The notes: a model not told the origin generated them from the letters alone. DNA of 20,000 nt from an uncultured virus (IMG/VR IMGVR_UViG_3300043425_000347) (IMGVR_UViG_3300043425_000347); one strand, 5' to 3'; shown: positions 1 through 7,993, counted from the first letter of the stretch. Numbers and translations: made by a program.

Positions 1-653
1 TACAGGTACGGCGCATACGCAGCCGGGTTTGCAAGGATGTACGGATTGAGCGTACCCTCAATATACAGGATGGCTGCGGGGTTAGTCAATGTGCCATTGC
101 TCCACTGAAAGTACACACTGGCGTCGCCTGCGGTAACTGTGCCGCTGTTGTTGATGTCCCCAAGACTGCGACCGTCAATGGTTGTCAGCACAAACGCAGT
201 AAGGCCCGGATTTCGACCAGCCGAGCCTTGCAAAATACCCTGCGTCACGGCGGTGTAGTTGACCTGAAACGGGGCAACTGTTACTTGGCCGACCTCGCAA
301 AGCGCCACCAAGGTGTTGGGGGTCAGGCCGTCGTCGTACGCCCGGGACCCGCCAACCGGATTCCAGCCCCACTGAATGTCCCGGCTGCCGCCTGTCGGAA
401 AGCCTGCCACGTTGGGTCCGGCAGTGACGTATGTGGTGTCCCGGCGTGGGTTGCGCACCGCTTGCGGGTCGTCCACCGGGTACATGCCCAACTGCAACTG
501 CGGCTGATCGGGGTCCCAGCATGAGTCGCAGACCAAGAGGTTGTAGGTCTTGGTCTTGACGATCTCCTTGCGCAGCGCGGTGAGCTTGAAGCGGAAACCG
601 CATCGGTCGCACTGCGCAATCGAGTTCTTGGCACTGGCGAAGCGATTACCCAT
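1..653 (-). CDS. Conserved phage virion-associated protein with two CxxC motifs, partial (runs off window start); C-terminal extension with a dockerin/EF-hand-like loop
   Basis: Not in the ORF track. Manual translation from ATG 653 is open to base 1: MGNRFASAKNSIAQCDRCGFRF...LVCDSCWDPDQPQLQLGMYPVDDPQAVRNPRRD...QWGWNPVGG...GDINNSGTVTAGDA. The start directly follows the stop of the adaptor gene. Confidence 0.85.
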   Translation of the reverse strand, partial: MGNRFASAKNSIAQCDRCGFRFKLTALRKEIVKTKTYNLLVCDSCWDPDQPQLQLGMYPVDDPQAVRNPRRDTTYVTAGPNVAGFPTGGSRDIQWGWNPVGGSRAYDDGLTPNTLVALCEVGQVTVAPFQVNYTAVTQGILQGSAGRNPGLTAFVLTTIDGRSLGDINNSGTVTAGDASVYFQWSNGTLTNPAAILYIEGTLNPYILANPAAYAPYL

Positions 654-1352
654 TTAGGTCCCGCCTCCAAGGTATTGGCGGCGAGGCACAAAGCGCACAG
701 CCGCCTTCTCCCGATCTTCCTCAGACGCCAAGGCCCAAGCCTCGTCGTACTGCTGCTTGAGCACACCGAGGCGCTCAGTGCCGCCGGGCACCTTCAGGGC
801 CAGATAGTACGCCAGTCCGGCCACCATGCAGGGGATGAACCGGAACGGCATGTCCATCGTGTTGACGCCGTTGCCAGCGTCTTGGATGCGGCGCAAGCGC
901 CAGTACACAAACACGTAGGGTTGTGTGTTGTCTGGCACGGGCCAGACGGTGAATCTTGGGGTGTTCAAGCGCTCAATCCAGACCTGAATCGGGCGGGCTT
1001 GCTGCAGCTTGTTGGGGATCGTGGCGTAGGTGGAGACGCTGATCCGGGTGATGGTCAGGTCAGCTTGCGTCGATGCGCTACCTGCGCCAGTACGGATCAC
1101 ATGCTCCAGCAGGTCCACGGTGTCCGTTGGGAGTTCGTATGTTGCTTGGCCAGCTACCAGCGGGATAGAACCCTGCTCGTAGGTGAACATGTTCAGGCCA
1201 CGGTTGGCCCAGTCAGCAAACATCAGGTTCATTGACCGGCGGGCTGTGCGCAGGTCGTAGCCTGTACGCATCTCCGAGCCCACGCGCTCGAACGCTTCCT
1301 CAACGATTTCCGTCAGGTCGAGGTTGAACGATGATGTGCCGGAAGTTGTCAT
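654..1352 (-). CDS. Probable head-tail adaptor/head completion protein (podoviral)
   Basis: 232 aa. The N-terminus EIVEEAFER...YDLRTARRSMNLMFADWANRG and C-terminus PFRFIPCMVAGLAYYLA...LKQQYDEAW resemble podoviral adaptor proteins. Lies downstream of the capsid genes. Confidence 0.7.
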   Translation of the reverse strand: MTTSGTSSFNLDLTEIVEEAFERVGSEMRTGYDLRTARRSMNLMFADWANRGLNMFTYEQGSIPLVAGQATYELPTDTVDLLEHVIRTGAGSASTQADLTITRISVSTYATIPNKLQQARPIQVWIERLNTPRFTVWPVPDNTQPYVFVYWRLRRIQDAGNGVNTMDMPFRFIPCMVAGLAYYLALKVPGGTERLGVLKQQYDEAWALASEEDREKAAVRFVPRRQYLGGGT

Positions 1353-1582
1353 CTGAAGCTCGCTGTCTTTTTGGCGATGGTCTTGGGCTGGGCCACAAAC
1401 TGTTTGCCCGCCGCCTTACCAGCACGCTTGGCTCTTGTGGTGGCCGCATACTCTGCGGGGCTGAGCGATTTTATCGCCTTCTCCGGCAAATAACGCTCCC
1501 CAGTTTTAGAGGACGGCTTTCCGCTCTTGGTGCGCCATTTCTGGTCGCCCCAGTCTTTGAGGGATTGCTGAGGCGCTTTCAT
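1349..1582 (-). CDS. Small basic phage protein (77 aa)
   Basis: MKAPQQSLKDWGDQKWRTKSGKPSSKTGERYLP... The ATG at 1582 follows the upstream stop, and the stop overlaps the next start (ATGA). Confidence 0.75.
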   Translation of the reverse strand: MKAPQQSLKDWGDQKWRTKSGKPSSKTGERYLPEKAIKSLSPAEYAATTRAKRAGKAAGKQFVAQPKTIAKKTASFR

Positions 1583-1583
1583 G

Positions 1584-1859
1584 TCAGTCTCGGTAGCCAC
1601 CGCCAGCGGCTTTGTACTTCTTAGCCACAAGCTGGGCTTTACGGGCTGACCACTGGCCAGCACCGGTGCCGTGCGTTGCAGCAGCTTTGACTTGGCTCAC
1701 GATCCGCTTGCGCAGACCGGGCTTGGTGTAATTGCCAGCCGCATTGACTTTGCCGCCTTCAGCATACTGCGTGAAGTCGGTGTCATCCCGGCGTGCTTTA
1801 CGCACACCCTCGGGCATTTTGGATGGGAGGATGGCTCCCATGCCGCGACTGGCTCTCAT
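1584..1859 (-). CDS. Small basic phage protein with YAEGG motif
   Basis: 91 aa, tightly packed in the operon; contains NYTKP...GQWSARKAQL...YKAAGGGY. Confidence 0.75.
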   Translation of the reverse strand: MRASRGMGAILPSKMPEGVRKARRDDTDFTQYAEGGKVNAAGNYTKPGLRKRIVSQVKAAATHGTGAGQWSARKAQLVAKKYKAAGGGYRD

Positions 1860-1860
1860 G

Positions 1861-2067
1861 TCAGACCATCCTGCCTTTTGTGTGGCCCTTGGTCACGCAA
1901 CCATCCGCACGCGTGACACCGCCCTTGGCCATCTTTTTCGCGGGAGCAAACATCTTGTCCGCCATGTTCATGGCTTTTGTGGTGTGCCCCGCAGACGGAC
2001 GAGTCGGCTCATTGGCCATGTCCTCGTACATCTGCTTGACGGTTTTCATGCGTGGGGTATCGCTCAT
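1861..2067 (-). CDS. Small basic protein with C-terminal KMAKGGVTRADGCVTKGHTKGRM module
   Basis: 68 aa; shares its C-terminal module with the 2069-2260 product; 1-nt gaps to both neighbours. Confidence 0.75.
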   Translation of the reverse strand: MSDTPRMKTVKQMYEDMANEPTRPSAGHTTKAMNMADKMFAPAKKMAKGGVTRADGCVTKGHTKGRMV

Positions 2068-2143
2068 GTCAAATCATCCGACCTTTTGTGTGACCCTTGG
2101 TCACGCAACCATCAGCACGAGTCACGCCGCCCTTGGCCATCTT
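1861..2143. repeat. Imperfect 75-bp direct repeat (1861-1935 and 2069-2143) encoding the shared C-terminal module
   Basis: 66/75 nt identical; all changed codons are synonymous except the last sense codon (V/I). Confidence 0.9.
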
Positions 2144-2260
2144 CCTTGCGGGGGCTGGCCGGGGTGGGGTAGTGCTGGCAGCGTTGTACGCCTTTTCGGC
2201 GGCTTCGGCGGCCTTCTTGTCCGACATCATCTGGCGGGCTTCTTTTTCTGCGGGGCTCAT
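2069..2260 (-). CDS. Small basic protein with C-terminal KMAKGGVTRADGCVTKGHTKGRM module (63 aa)
   Basis: RBS AAGGAG lies 6 nt before ATG 2260 (MSPAEKEARQ...); shares 23 identical residues with the neighbouring product. Confidence 0.75.
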   Translation of the reverse strand: MSPAEKEARQMMSDKKAAEAAEKAYNAASTTPPRPAPARKMAKGGVTRADGCVTKGHTKGRMI

Positions 2261-2270
2261 GTTGCGCTCC

Positions 2271-2612
2271 TTATTTGCAGGCTTTGCCGCCGTAGGCCAT
2301 CTTGACCATGGTGCCCTTGGTCTTACCCTTGGACTCGATGCCACCGCCCTTGGCGTAGCCTTTGCCCTTGGCTTCGGCCATTTCGTGTTTGATCATGGAC
2401 TTGGGAGCGCCCTTCTTCTTCATGAAGGACACTTCCTTTTTCACCATTGCTTTGGACTCTTTCATATCGCCACCTTCTTTAAATTTGCGGCCCTTGTCCG
2501 CGTTGATGAACTCTTTGCCCACTGAGGCGGGCACCCCGGCCTTCTTGGCAAACGATGGGTTGTTGGCCACCGCCGCCATGAAATTGTGCTGTTTCTTACT
2601 TGTGCTCGGCAT
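2271..2612 (-). CDS. Small Lys-rich phage protein with three xxxGG motifs
   Basis: 113 aa, MPSTSKKQHNFMAAVANNPSFAKK...; contains FKEGG, YAKGG and MAYGG. Confidence 0.75.
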   Translation of the reverse strand: MPSTSKKQHNFMAAVANNPSFAKKAGVPASVGKEFINADKGRKFKEGGDMKESKAMVKKEVSFMKKKGAPKSMIKHEMAEAKGKGYAKGGGIESKGKTKGTMVKMAYGGKACK

Positions 2613-2799
2613 CGGGTTTCTTTCGACGGATCAACTCCGCAAAAGGCTTGCCCGTCACCATTTCTGCAATACGCATCAACGTCCAGACAGCACCAATCAA
2701 ACCAAACACAGGGGTGAGCATTTCTAAAAAAGCACCAATTGTGGCCGTCACAGACACAATATCCAGCACGTTCTTTGCGGTTTCGTGGTTCGCACTCAT
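2596..2799 (-). CDS. Small membrane protein (possible holin)
   Basis: 67 aa; long hydrophobic stretch (VLDIVSVTATIGAF...PVFGLIGAVWTLM) and a basic C-terminus. Confidence 0.6.
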   Translation of the reverse strand: MSANHETAKNVLDIVSVTATIGAFLEMLTPVFGLIGAVWTLMRIAEMVTGKPFAELIRRKKPDAEHK

Positions 2800-2800
2800 A

Positions 2801-3055
2801 TCAGCACTTCCAAGCCCGCAGGCTTTTGTTGATCCGCGAGTTGGGGTCTTTGGCCGTCTTCTCGCTGGTCAGCTTCTTTTTCATGCCCTCCATACGGGCG
2901 CAAAAAGAGTCGCGGCGTTTGCCGCCCTCGGGCTGGGGAGCCTTCAGGCCGGGCTTGCCGGGGTTCGCTTTGTTGTACGAGGCTCGCCCCTTGGCGTTCA
3001 AGCCACCCTTTTCGGACTTGCCCTCTTTGCGCTGCCATGCTGGAGTCTTAGGCAT
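2801..3055 (-). CDS. Small basic phage protein
   Basis: 84 aa MPKTPAWQRKEGKSEKGGLNAKGRASYN...SFCARM...SLRAWKC; overlaps the upstream stop. Confidence 0.75.
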   Translation of the reverse strand: MPKTPAWQRKEGKSEKGGLNAKGRASYNKANPGKPGLKAPQPEGGKRRDSFCARMEGMKKKLTSEKTAKDPNSRINKSLRAWKC

Positions 3056-3320
3056 AGAACACCGTCACTTTGGCGTTGGTCAGAGTAACGTAGGCGTCAG
3101 TCTGAAAAACGATACCGTCGGCTGGGATGACCATTGAAAAAGTCTCGCCGTTGGCCGAAGTGTTGATGGTCATAATGATGGTCCCACTGGCTCCGCCGTC
3201 CCGAAAGACAACAGAACCTGCGCTGGCTCCGGGCTCAATCAACGCGCCGCGAATACGCGTGCGCTGGTTAAACGCAGTACCTGACGCAGCCAGCGATACG
3301 GCTTTAATATCGGTTTGCAT
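3048..3320 (-). CDS. Small beta-rich putative virion protein (90 aa)
   Basis: RBS CAGGAG precedes ATG 3320 (MQTDIKAVSL...IPADGIVF). Confidence 0.75.
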   Translation of the reverse strand: MQTDIKAVSLAASGTAFNQRTRIRGALIEPGASAGSVVFRDGGASGTIIMTINTSANGETFSMVIPADGIVFQTDAYVTLTNAKVTVFYA

Positions 3321-3339
3321 AATCAATCTCCTGTAAAGC

Positions 3340-3355
3340 AGGGGCCGAAGCCCCT
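3340..3355 (-). terminator. Intergenic cUUCGg hairpin (weak terminator or RNA stabiliser)
   Basis: Minus strand AGGGGC-TTCG-GCCCCT followed only by GCTTT. Confidence 0.45.
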
Positions 3356-3363
3356 AAGATCAA

Positions 3364-3777
3364 TTAGGCAGTGCGGGTGAACACGTACGCTGTAGGGCTG
3401 GAAAACATGATCGTGTAACGAGCCAAGCCTGTAGCGCCAGCAGCGATTGTCAGGTCACCGAACGAACCTGCGGTGTCTGCAGCAGCCGACGACAAAATGG
3501 CGTTGGTGTTTACCGCGACGGTCACGGTGTTAGCGCCAGCGGTGTTGTCGATAAACAAGTCCATCGAGGTGCCTTGCGTGGCGTTCAGTGCAGCGCCCAG
3601 AGCAGTGCCTGTTGGCAGTGTGATGGTTGTGGCGGCAGCCGAAGTGGATGTGATGTAGCCAGAAGCAACTTGGGCTGCGGTGGCTGTAGCGGTGGCGTTG
3701 ATGGCTTGCGCTGTAACGTGGTCAACGATAAAACCGTTTTGCGATACAACTGGGCCGGAGAAGGTGGTGCGTGCCAT
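3364..3777 (-). CDS. Ala/Thr-rich putative virion structural protein (137 aa)
   Basis: MARTTFSGPV...ITLPTGTALG...; RBS GAGGA precedes ATG 3777. Confidence 0.75.
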   Translation of the reverse strand: MARTTFSGPVVSQNGFIVDHVTAQAINATATATAAQVASGYITSTSAAATTITLPTGTALGAALNATQGTSMDLFIDNTAGANTVTVAVNTNAILSSAAADTAGSFGDLTIAAGATGLARYTIMFSSPTAYVFTRTA

Positions 3778-3785
3778 GATAGTTT

Positions 3786-3858
3786 CCTCATGCGGTTGAG
3801 GCGTATCTGTCTGCATGACGTCGGCCCGGAGCCGTCAGATACACCGGAAAGTCCGGGG
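3786..3858 (-). ncRNA. Candidate structured 5' leader RNA
   Basis: 10-bp stem GGUGUAUCUG/CAGAUACGCC (its G-U pair works only on the minus strand), inner CGGC/GCCG hairpin, and a CCUCA/UGAGG hairpin covering the SD. Confidence 0.5.
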
Positions 3859-3865
3859 TTGGTGC

Positions 3866-3894
3866 AATATATCATTGCTCTGTGGCGTGGTCAA
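3866..3894 (-). promoter_or_regulatory. Sigma70-type promoter
   Basis: TTGACC (3894-3889), 17-nt spacer, TATATT (3871-3866) with extended TG; overlaps the 3' end of the HNH gene. Confidence 0.7.
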
Positions 3895-4474
3895 CGTGCT
3901 TGTTGGACTTTTTCAAGTTTTCTTCTTGGGTGATCACGCGCAGGTTCCACGGCACGTGCAGGCCGCAAACCGATTCACCGCGCAACGGCACGATGTGATC
4001 GACTACGTACTGCTCCCCAGTTGTCTGGGTCATGGTGATGGCGATCTGGTAAAGCTGCCGAATCTCGGACTTCTGTTTGCGCGTAAGCCACGGCGGTGTT
4101 GCGTCTCTGTGTTTACGGCGGCGGACTTTATTGTCGGCCAGCACCTGTGTTTTATTTGCTTCTTTCCACGCGTTGCGATATTCCCGCAGCACGGCGGCGG
4201 GTCGCGTAGCTGCAGCCTGAATTACTTGCTCACGGTTGTCCAAGTACCAGCCGTGCTTCTTCTCCCGCACCTCTTCCTTGCGGTTGTACTCCCTGAAGTA
4301 TTCCGCTCTGGTTTCTGCGGCTTGCTGCCACTCGACCTTCAGGCACTCGACGCACGCCCCTTTGGTTTTGCGCGGTGCAATGTGGCCATGCTTGCAAGGC
4401 TCGCCCGTGAAATAGTATTTGGCTCCTGCGGCCTTGGCCTCGGCTCGGGTTTTGGGTAGGTTTGTGGTGTCCAT
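3872..4474 (-). CDS. HNH endonuclease (probably free-standing homing type)
   Basis: C-terminal VDHIVPLRGESVCGLHVPWNL...EN HNH motif; N-terminal CKHGH...CVEC zinc motif; RBS CAGGAG. Confidence 0.85.
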   Translation of the reverse strand: MDTTNLPKTRAEAKAAGAKYYFTGEPCKHGHIAPRKTKGACVECLKVEWQQAAETRAEYFREYNRKEEVREKKHGWYLDNREQVIQAAATRPAAVLREYRNAWKEANKTQVLADNKVRRRKHRDATPPWLTRKQKSEIRQLYQIAITMTQTTGEQYVVDHIVPLRGESVCGLHVPWNLRVITQEENLKKSNKHVDHATEQ

Positions 4475-4538
4475 ATTGGCTCCTGTGACTTAGTAACAGG
4501 TAATGTACACGATCTGGCACAAAAAACAAGGGGGCAAG

Positions 4539-4563
4539 AAAAAAGGCCCCGAAGGGCCTTTTT
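4539..4563 (-). terminator. Rho-independent terminator after the major capsid gene (potentially bidirectional)
   Basis: Minus strand AAAAAGGCCC-TTCG-GGGCCTTTTTT. Confidence 0.85.
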
Positions 4564-4584
4564 GGAGTACTTTTAGTACTAGGT

Positions 4585-5517
4585 TCAGTTAGAACCGGAG
4601 CTGCCCCAGATACCCAATGGATCGGACCAGCCGAACGAATAACGCTCGCGGGCCTTGTAGCGGACGTTTCCGGTGTCGAAATCACCGTCCATGGAAGTGG
4701 CCAGAGCGGAACGCTCGAAGTGCTTCAGGCCGTTTGGAACGTCTGTGGTCAGGAACCAAGCGTTTGTGTCGGTCAAGAAGTGGTTGACGGTGTAGCCACC
4801 GGAGATGGTGCCCATCTGCTTGATAGCGTTGATGTCGTTATCAGCAGTAGCCACGCGCAGCTCGGTGTCAAGCAGACGCTTGGCAACGAACATCAGCGAT
4901 GGAGGGATCACCAACTTGACTGGCTTGGCAGCGATCAGCAGGCCGCGTTCATCAACCCAAGCAGCGATTTGGATCGTTGCGTTTTCCAGAGCGGTCTCGT
5001 TCAAGTCCACGCCGGTAGTTGGGCTGTTGAAGTTCACGCCGCCGCCCACGAGTGGGTGACCAACGCGAGTGCCGCCAGAGTTGTTGCCGAACAGGGAAAC
5101 GCCGTCGCCGCCGGGGAAAGCGCCAGAGAAGCCGTTGTTCAACACGGAGGCAGCTTTGACCTGCTTGGTGAAGGCCATACCGCGAGCCAGAGCCTTGGTG
5201 TAGCGGGCAGACAGACTGTCATACAGGTTGTCTTCCACAGCTTCTTCAGTGATGGAGAAGCCCAAAGCGATGGTTTCGTGGGTGTAGCGAGCAGTGAATG
5301 CTTCCTGCGCGTTGTCATAAGCAATGGCTGCGCCTTCTTGCTTGACAGGTGCAGCACCAAAGCCGGACAGCTTGGTTTCTTCTTCAAAGCTACGCTCCGA
5401 TTTCTCGGTTTCGTAGATTTCTTTGTGCTCTTCGCCGTAGCGTGCATATTCCAAACCGAACAAAGCGTTCAGACCGGGGAGCAGCTCTTTGAGCAGTTGT
5501 GCGCGTGAAATTGCCAT
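4585..5517 (-). CDS. Major capsid protein
   Basis: 310 aa MAISRAQLLKELLPGLNALFG...FSITEEAVEDNLY...GDFDTGNVRYKARERYSFGWSDP; strong RBS AAGGAG; followed by a terminator. Confidence 0.9.
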   Translation of the reverse strand: MAISRAQLLKELLPGLNALFGLEYARYGEEHKEIYETEKSERSFEEETKLSGFGAAPVKQEGAAIAYDNAQEAFTARYTHETIALGFSITEEAVEDNLYDSLSARYTKALARGMAFTKQVKAASVLNNGFSGAFPGGDGVSLFGNNSGGTRVGHPLVGGGVNFNSPTTGVDLNETALENATIQIAAWVDERGLLIAAKPVKLVIPPSLMFVAKRLLDTELRVATADNDINAIKQMGTISGGYTVNHFLTDTNAWFLTTDVPNGLKHFERSALATSMDGDFDTGNVRYKARERYSFGWSDPLGIWGSSGSN

Positions 5518-5530
5518 GGTACTTTACTCC

Positions 5531-6133
5531 TTAGATGCCGACGGCGTTGGTGTAGGCGTGAGCGCCGGGGTTGAACTTAACCAGCACGTCAGGGAAAGCA
5601 TCAGTCACTGGGGAAGCGAAACCGATGATCTTGAACGCGGCAGCGGTAGTCACAACGGTGTTCTCCAAAGCGCTGGTGGAGTTGCCAGTCTGGGTAGAAC
5701 CAGTGCTGGTGCTCTGTGCAGCGGCAAAGAAGGTGTTTGCGCCCAAAGCGGCTTGGGTGGTTGTGCCATCCAGCTGAGCTTGGAATGTGACGTTGGGGTC
5801 GGTGATCACGTATGCAGTCACCACGCCGGTTGTGCCGGAGGGGTAGTACTGAGCGTAAATCTGTTGACCTTGCGCGTTGATGTACGAGCAGCCAACAAAC
5901 ACACCCCAAGCACCCAGAGTGTTGCCACCGAGGTTGTTGGTCGTCAAGTCTGCGCCAGTGGCGGTCGACAGGGCGATGTAGCCGTTGGCGTTAATGATAA
6001 CGACTTGGCCATTGAAGATGTTGGATGCCAGACCTGCGGGATCAATCAGGAACTGACTTGTAGCGCCAGCATATGCCATGCCGTCGTTACGGTTTACGGC
6101 GCGAAGGCCGTATGGGGACTGAGTTGTTGCCAT
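5531..6133 (-). CDS. Probable capsid decoration/cement protein
   Basis: 200 aa, Gly/Thr/Ala-rich (PYGLR...GVFVGCSY...DPNVTF), immediately upstream of the capsid gene. Confidence 0.65.
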   Translation of the reverse strand: MATTQSPYGLRAVNRNDGMAYAGATSQFLIDPAGLASNIFNGQVVIINANGYIALSTATGADLTTNNLGGNTLGAWGVFVGCSYINAQGQQIYAQYYPSGTTGVVTAYVITDPNVTFQAQLDGTTTQAALGANTFFAAAQSTSTGSTQTGNSTSALENTVVTTAAAFKIIGFASPVTDAFPDVLVKFNPGAHAYTNAVGI

Positions 6134-6147
6134 TTAAGGACTCCTTG

Positions 6148-6606
6148 TTACTTTGAACCAGAACCAAACCCACCACCACGACTGGTCGATGACTTGCGGT
6201 CAGCGAACAGAGGCATGCGGGGGTCATTGTTTCGCATGAAACTGTTATCCACAGATTCCATCTGGGCTTGCGCTTGTTTGGCGTAATACTCGTCACGGGC
6301 TTGTGCGCGTTCACGTGGCATCTTGCAGAGCATGAGGCCGCCGAGTTCGACGTTTCCGGTCTTCGCATTACCCTCAAGCATAAGCTCGGGATGGTCCACT
6401 GCTTTTACCGGCTCCCAACCTTCACGCATCTTGGTAGACACGTTTGTGTTTTGGGGCTGACCAAGAACGTGTGTCGCAATCCAGCGATAAACCATTCCGG
6501 GTTCAGGTGTCGGGTCGGGCAGTGCGCTCGCAGGTGTATACACGTAGCGAGTAGTTTTATCGCGTGCCTCAAGTGCACGAGGGTTCCGGTTAGTTGTTTC
6601 AGCCAT
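6148..6606 (-). CDS. Phage head-morphogenesis-region protein of unknown function
   Basis: 152 aa with YRWI...EGWEPV...GGLMLCK; lies between the scaffold and decoration genes; RBS GGAG. Confidence 0.75.
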   Translation of the reverse strand: MAETTNRNPRALEARDKTTRYVYTPASALPDPTPEPGMVYRWIATHVLGQPQNTNVSTKMREGWEPVKAVDHPELMLEGNAKTGNVELGGLMLCKMPRERAQARDEYYAKQAQAQMESVDNSFMRNNDPRMPLFADRKSSTSRGGGFGSGSK

Positions 6607-7549
6607 TCGATTTCTCCAGTTTTGCTACTTCAGCAGCGTATTGCTGCGGGGTCAGTCCGTACTTTTTAGCCAACGCAGCTTGCGTAGGCGTAAGTTGGAT
6701 TTTTCTTGCTCCAGTCGAACGAGTCGCTGGCGCAACAACCGAGGTAGGTCGTCGGGAGCCATCGCCGGATTTCGGCCGGTCTTCCGCGCCACCGAAAACT
6801 TCGGGGAACGTAGACTTCATGCGAGCATCAATGCGCTCGAAGTAATCGTCAGAGCGGGGATCAACCCCGGAGTTGACTAGCTTTTGGTGCAGCCCTAGTG
6901 CAAAGCTGGTGACTTCCTCGTACCCCGGTGAACCGAACCACTGGTTTTTTGCCTGCCAGCGAGCAGTCTTTTCGTCCAGCTCTTGACGGGGTGCTTGGAT
7001 TTGTTGTGTTTGTACATCAGTTTCATCGACCTGTAAAGGTGCTGGCTTGAAATTTTTTGCAGCCTGCACTTTCATCTTGGCATCCATCAACGCATCTTGC
7101 GCTGCAATGACGCCGTCGGTGTCAAAAGCCTCTGTCGCTTCCTTGAGTTGACGCTTGGCCTTCTCAACTTCAGTCTCGGCCAGCGACAGCTGGGAAGCTG
7201 CGTACTGCTCCGTGCCGGTATTGACATACTGCTTGAGCTTTTTGTTTTCTTCGGCCATGTGCTGAGCAAGGCGTTCGAGCTCTTGCTTCTCGCGCAGCAG
7301 GGCTTCTTTGGCCCGGCGCTCGTCGTGACGTGCGTGGGTCAGCTCCTTGATGCGCTTTTTAACGCCGTCAGAGTACGACTCAATCTCATCATCAGTGGGG
7401 TCCGCCACTTCACGGTCCAACGGCTTGCGGCCACGGTCTTTTTCGGGGGTATCGTCAACGATCTCGACTTCGACTTCGTCGTCAGTAGAGACTTCCAGAT
7501 TGACGTTTTTGTCGTCATCCAGTTCGTCCGGGAACTTGTAAGCGTCCAT
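6599..7549 (-). CDS. Probable capsid scaffolding protein
   Basis: 316 aa; acidic N-terminus, long coiled coil, short helical C-terminus (LAKKYGLTPQQYA); synteny. Confidence 0.65.
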   Translation of the reverse strand: MDAYKFPDELDDDKNVNLEVSTDDEVEVEIVDDTPEKDRGRKPLDREVADPTDDEIESYSDGVKKRIKELTHARHDERRAKEALLREKQELERLAQHMAEENKKLKQYVNTGTEQYAASQLSLAETEVEKAKRQLKEATEAFDTDGVIAAQDALMDAKMKVQAAKNFKPAPLQVDETDVQTQQIQAPRQELDEKTARWQAKNQWFGSPGYEEVTSFALGLHQKLVNSGVDPRSDDYFERIDARMKSTFPEVFGGAEDRPKSGDGSRRPTSVVAPATRSTGARKIQLTPTQAALAKKYGLTPQQYAAEVAKLEKSNG

Positions 7550-7558
7550 TTCTGCTCC

Positions 7559-7993
7559 TTATGCGCGGGTATAACCGCGTGGGTCTTGCACAACACACTC
7601 AATCTGGTCGTCGTTCAGAACCCTGAACTCCTTACCAAACACCTTGAATCGCGTACCTGTATAGGTGCGCACGAGCACAAAGTCACCCTCTGTACACCAT
7701 GCACCCGAGGGGAACTTGGCAGGGTCTTTGTACGCGTCTGGTCCGACCCGAAGCACAAACAGCACGGTTGTCGCGTGTTCTTCAGCTCTCATGGTCGCAG
7801 CATCTCGAACGAGGTCGAGGGTCGTACCGGCGATTTTTTCATCGACTTCCGGCACAACGCACAGCAGCTTGTATCCCGTGGGTACGGGCAGTGCCGATGC
7901 TTTGGTTTCGTTGTCCGCGTCGGCCTCTGGGGCGTCAAGCGGCTGAATGTGTTTGGGCAGTGTGATGCCCGGAGGCAGAATGATTTCACTCAT
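7559..7993 (-). CDS. groES: GroES/Cpn10-like co-chaperonin
   Basis: PTGYKLL...VLRVGPD...GDFVLVRTYTGTRFKVFGKEFRVLNDDQI matches the Cpn10 fold pattern. Confidence 0.8.
   Translation of the reverse strand: MSEIILPPGITLPKHIQPLDAPEADADNETKASALPVPTGYKLLCVVPEVDEKIAGTTLDLVRDAATMRAEEHATTVLFVLRVGPDAYKDPAKFPSGAWCTEGDFVLVRTYTGTRFKVFGKEFRVLNDDQIECVVQDPRGYTRA

Noticed and set aside
175..766. Track ORFs 175-612 and 323-766 (minus) and 228-524 (plus)
   Set aside because: The third minus frame (653 to window start) is fully open, abuts the adaptor gene and has coherent motifs.
4502..4530. Possible dedicated promoter for the HNH gene (TTGTTT-16-TACATT, minus)
   Set aside because: Weak match to consensus and suboptimal spacing.
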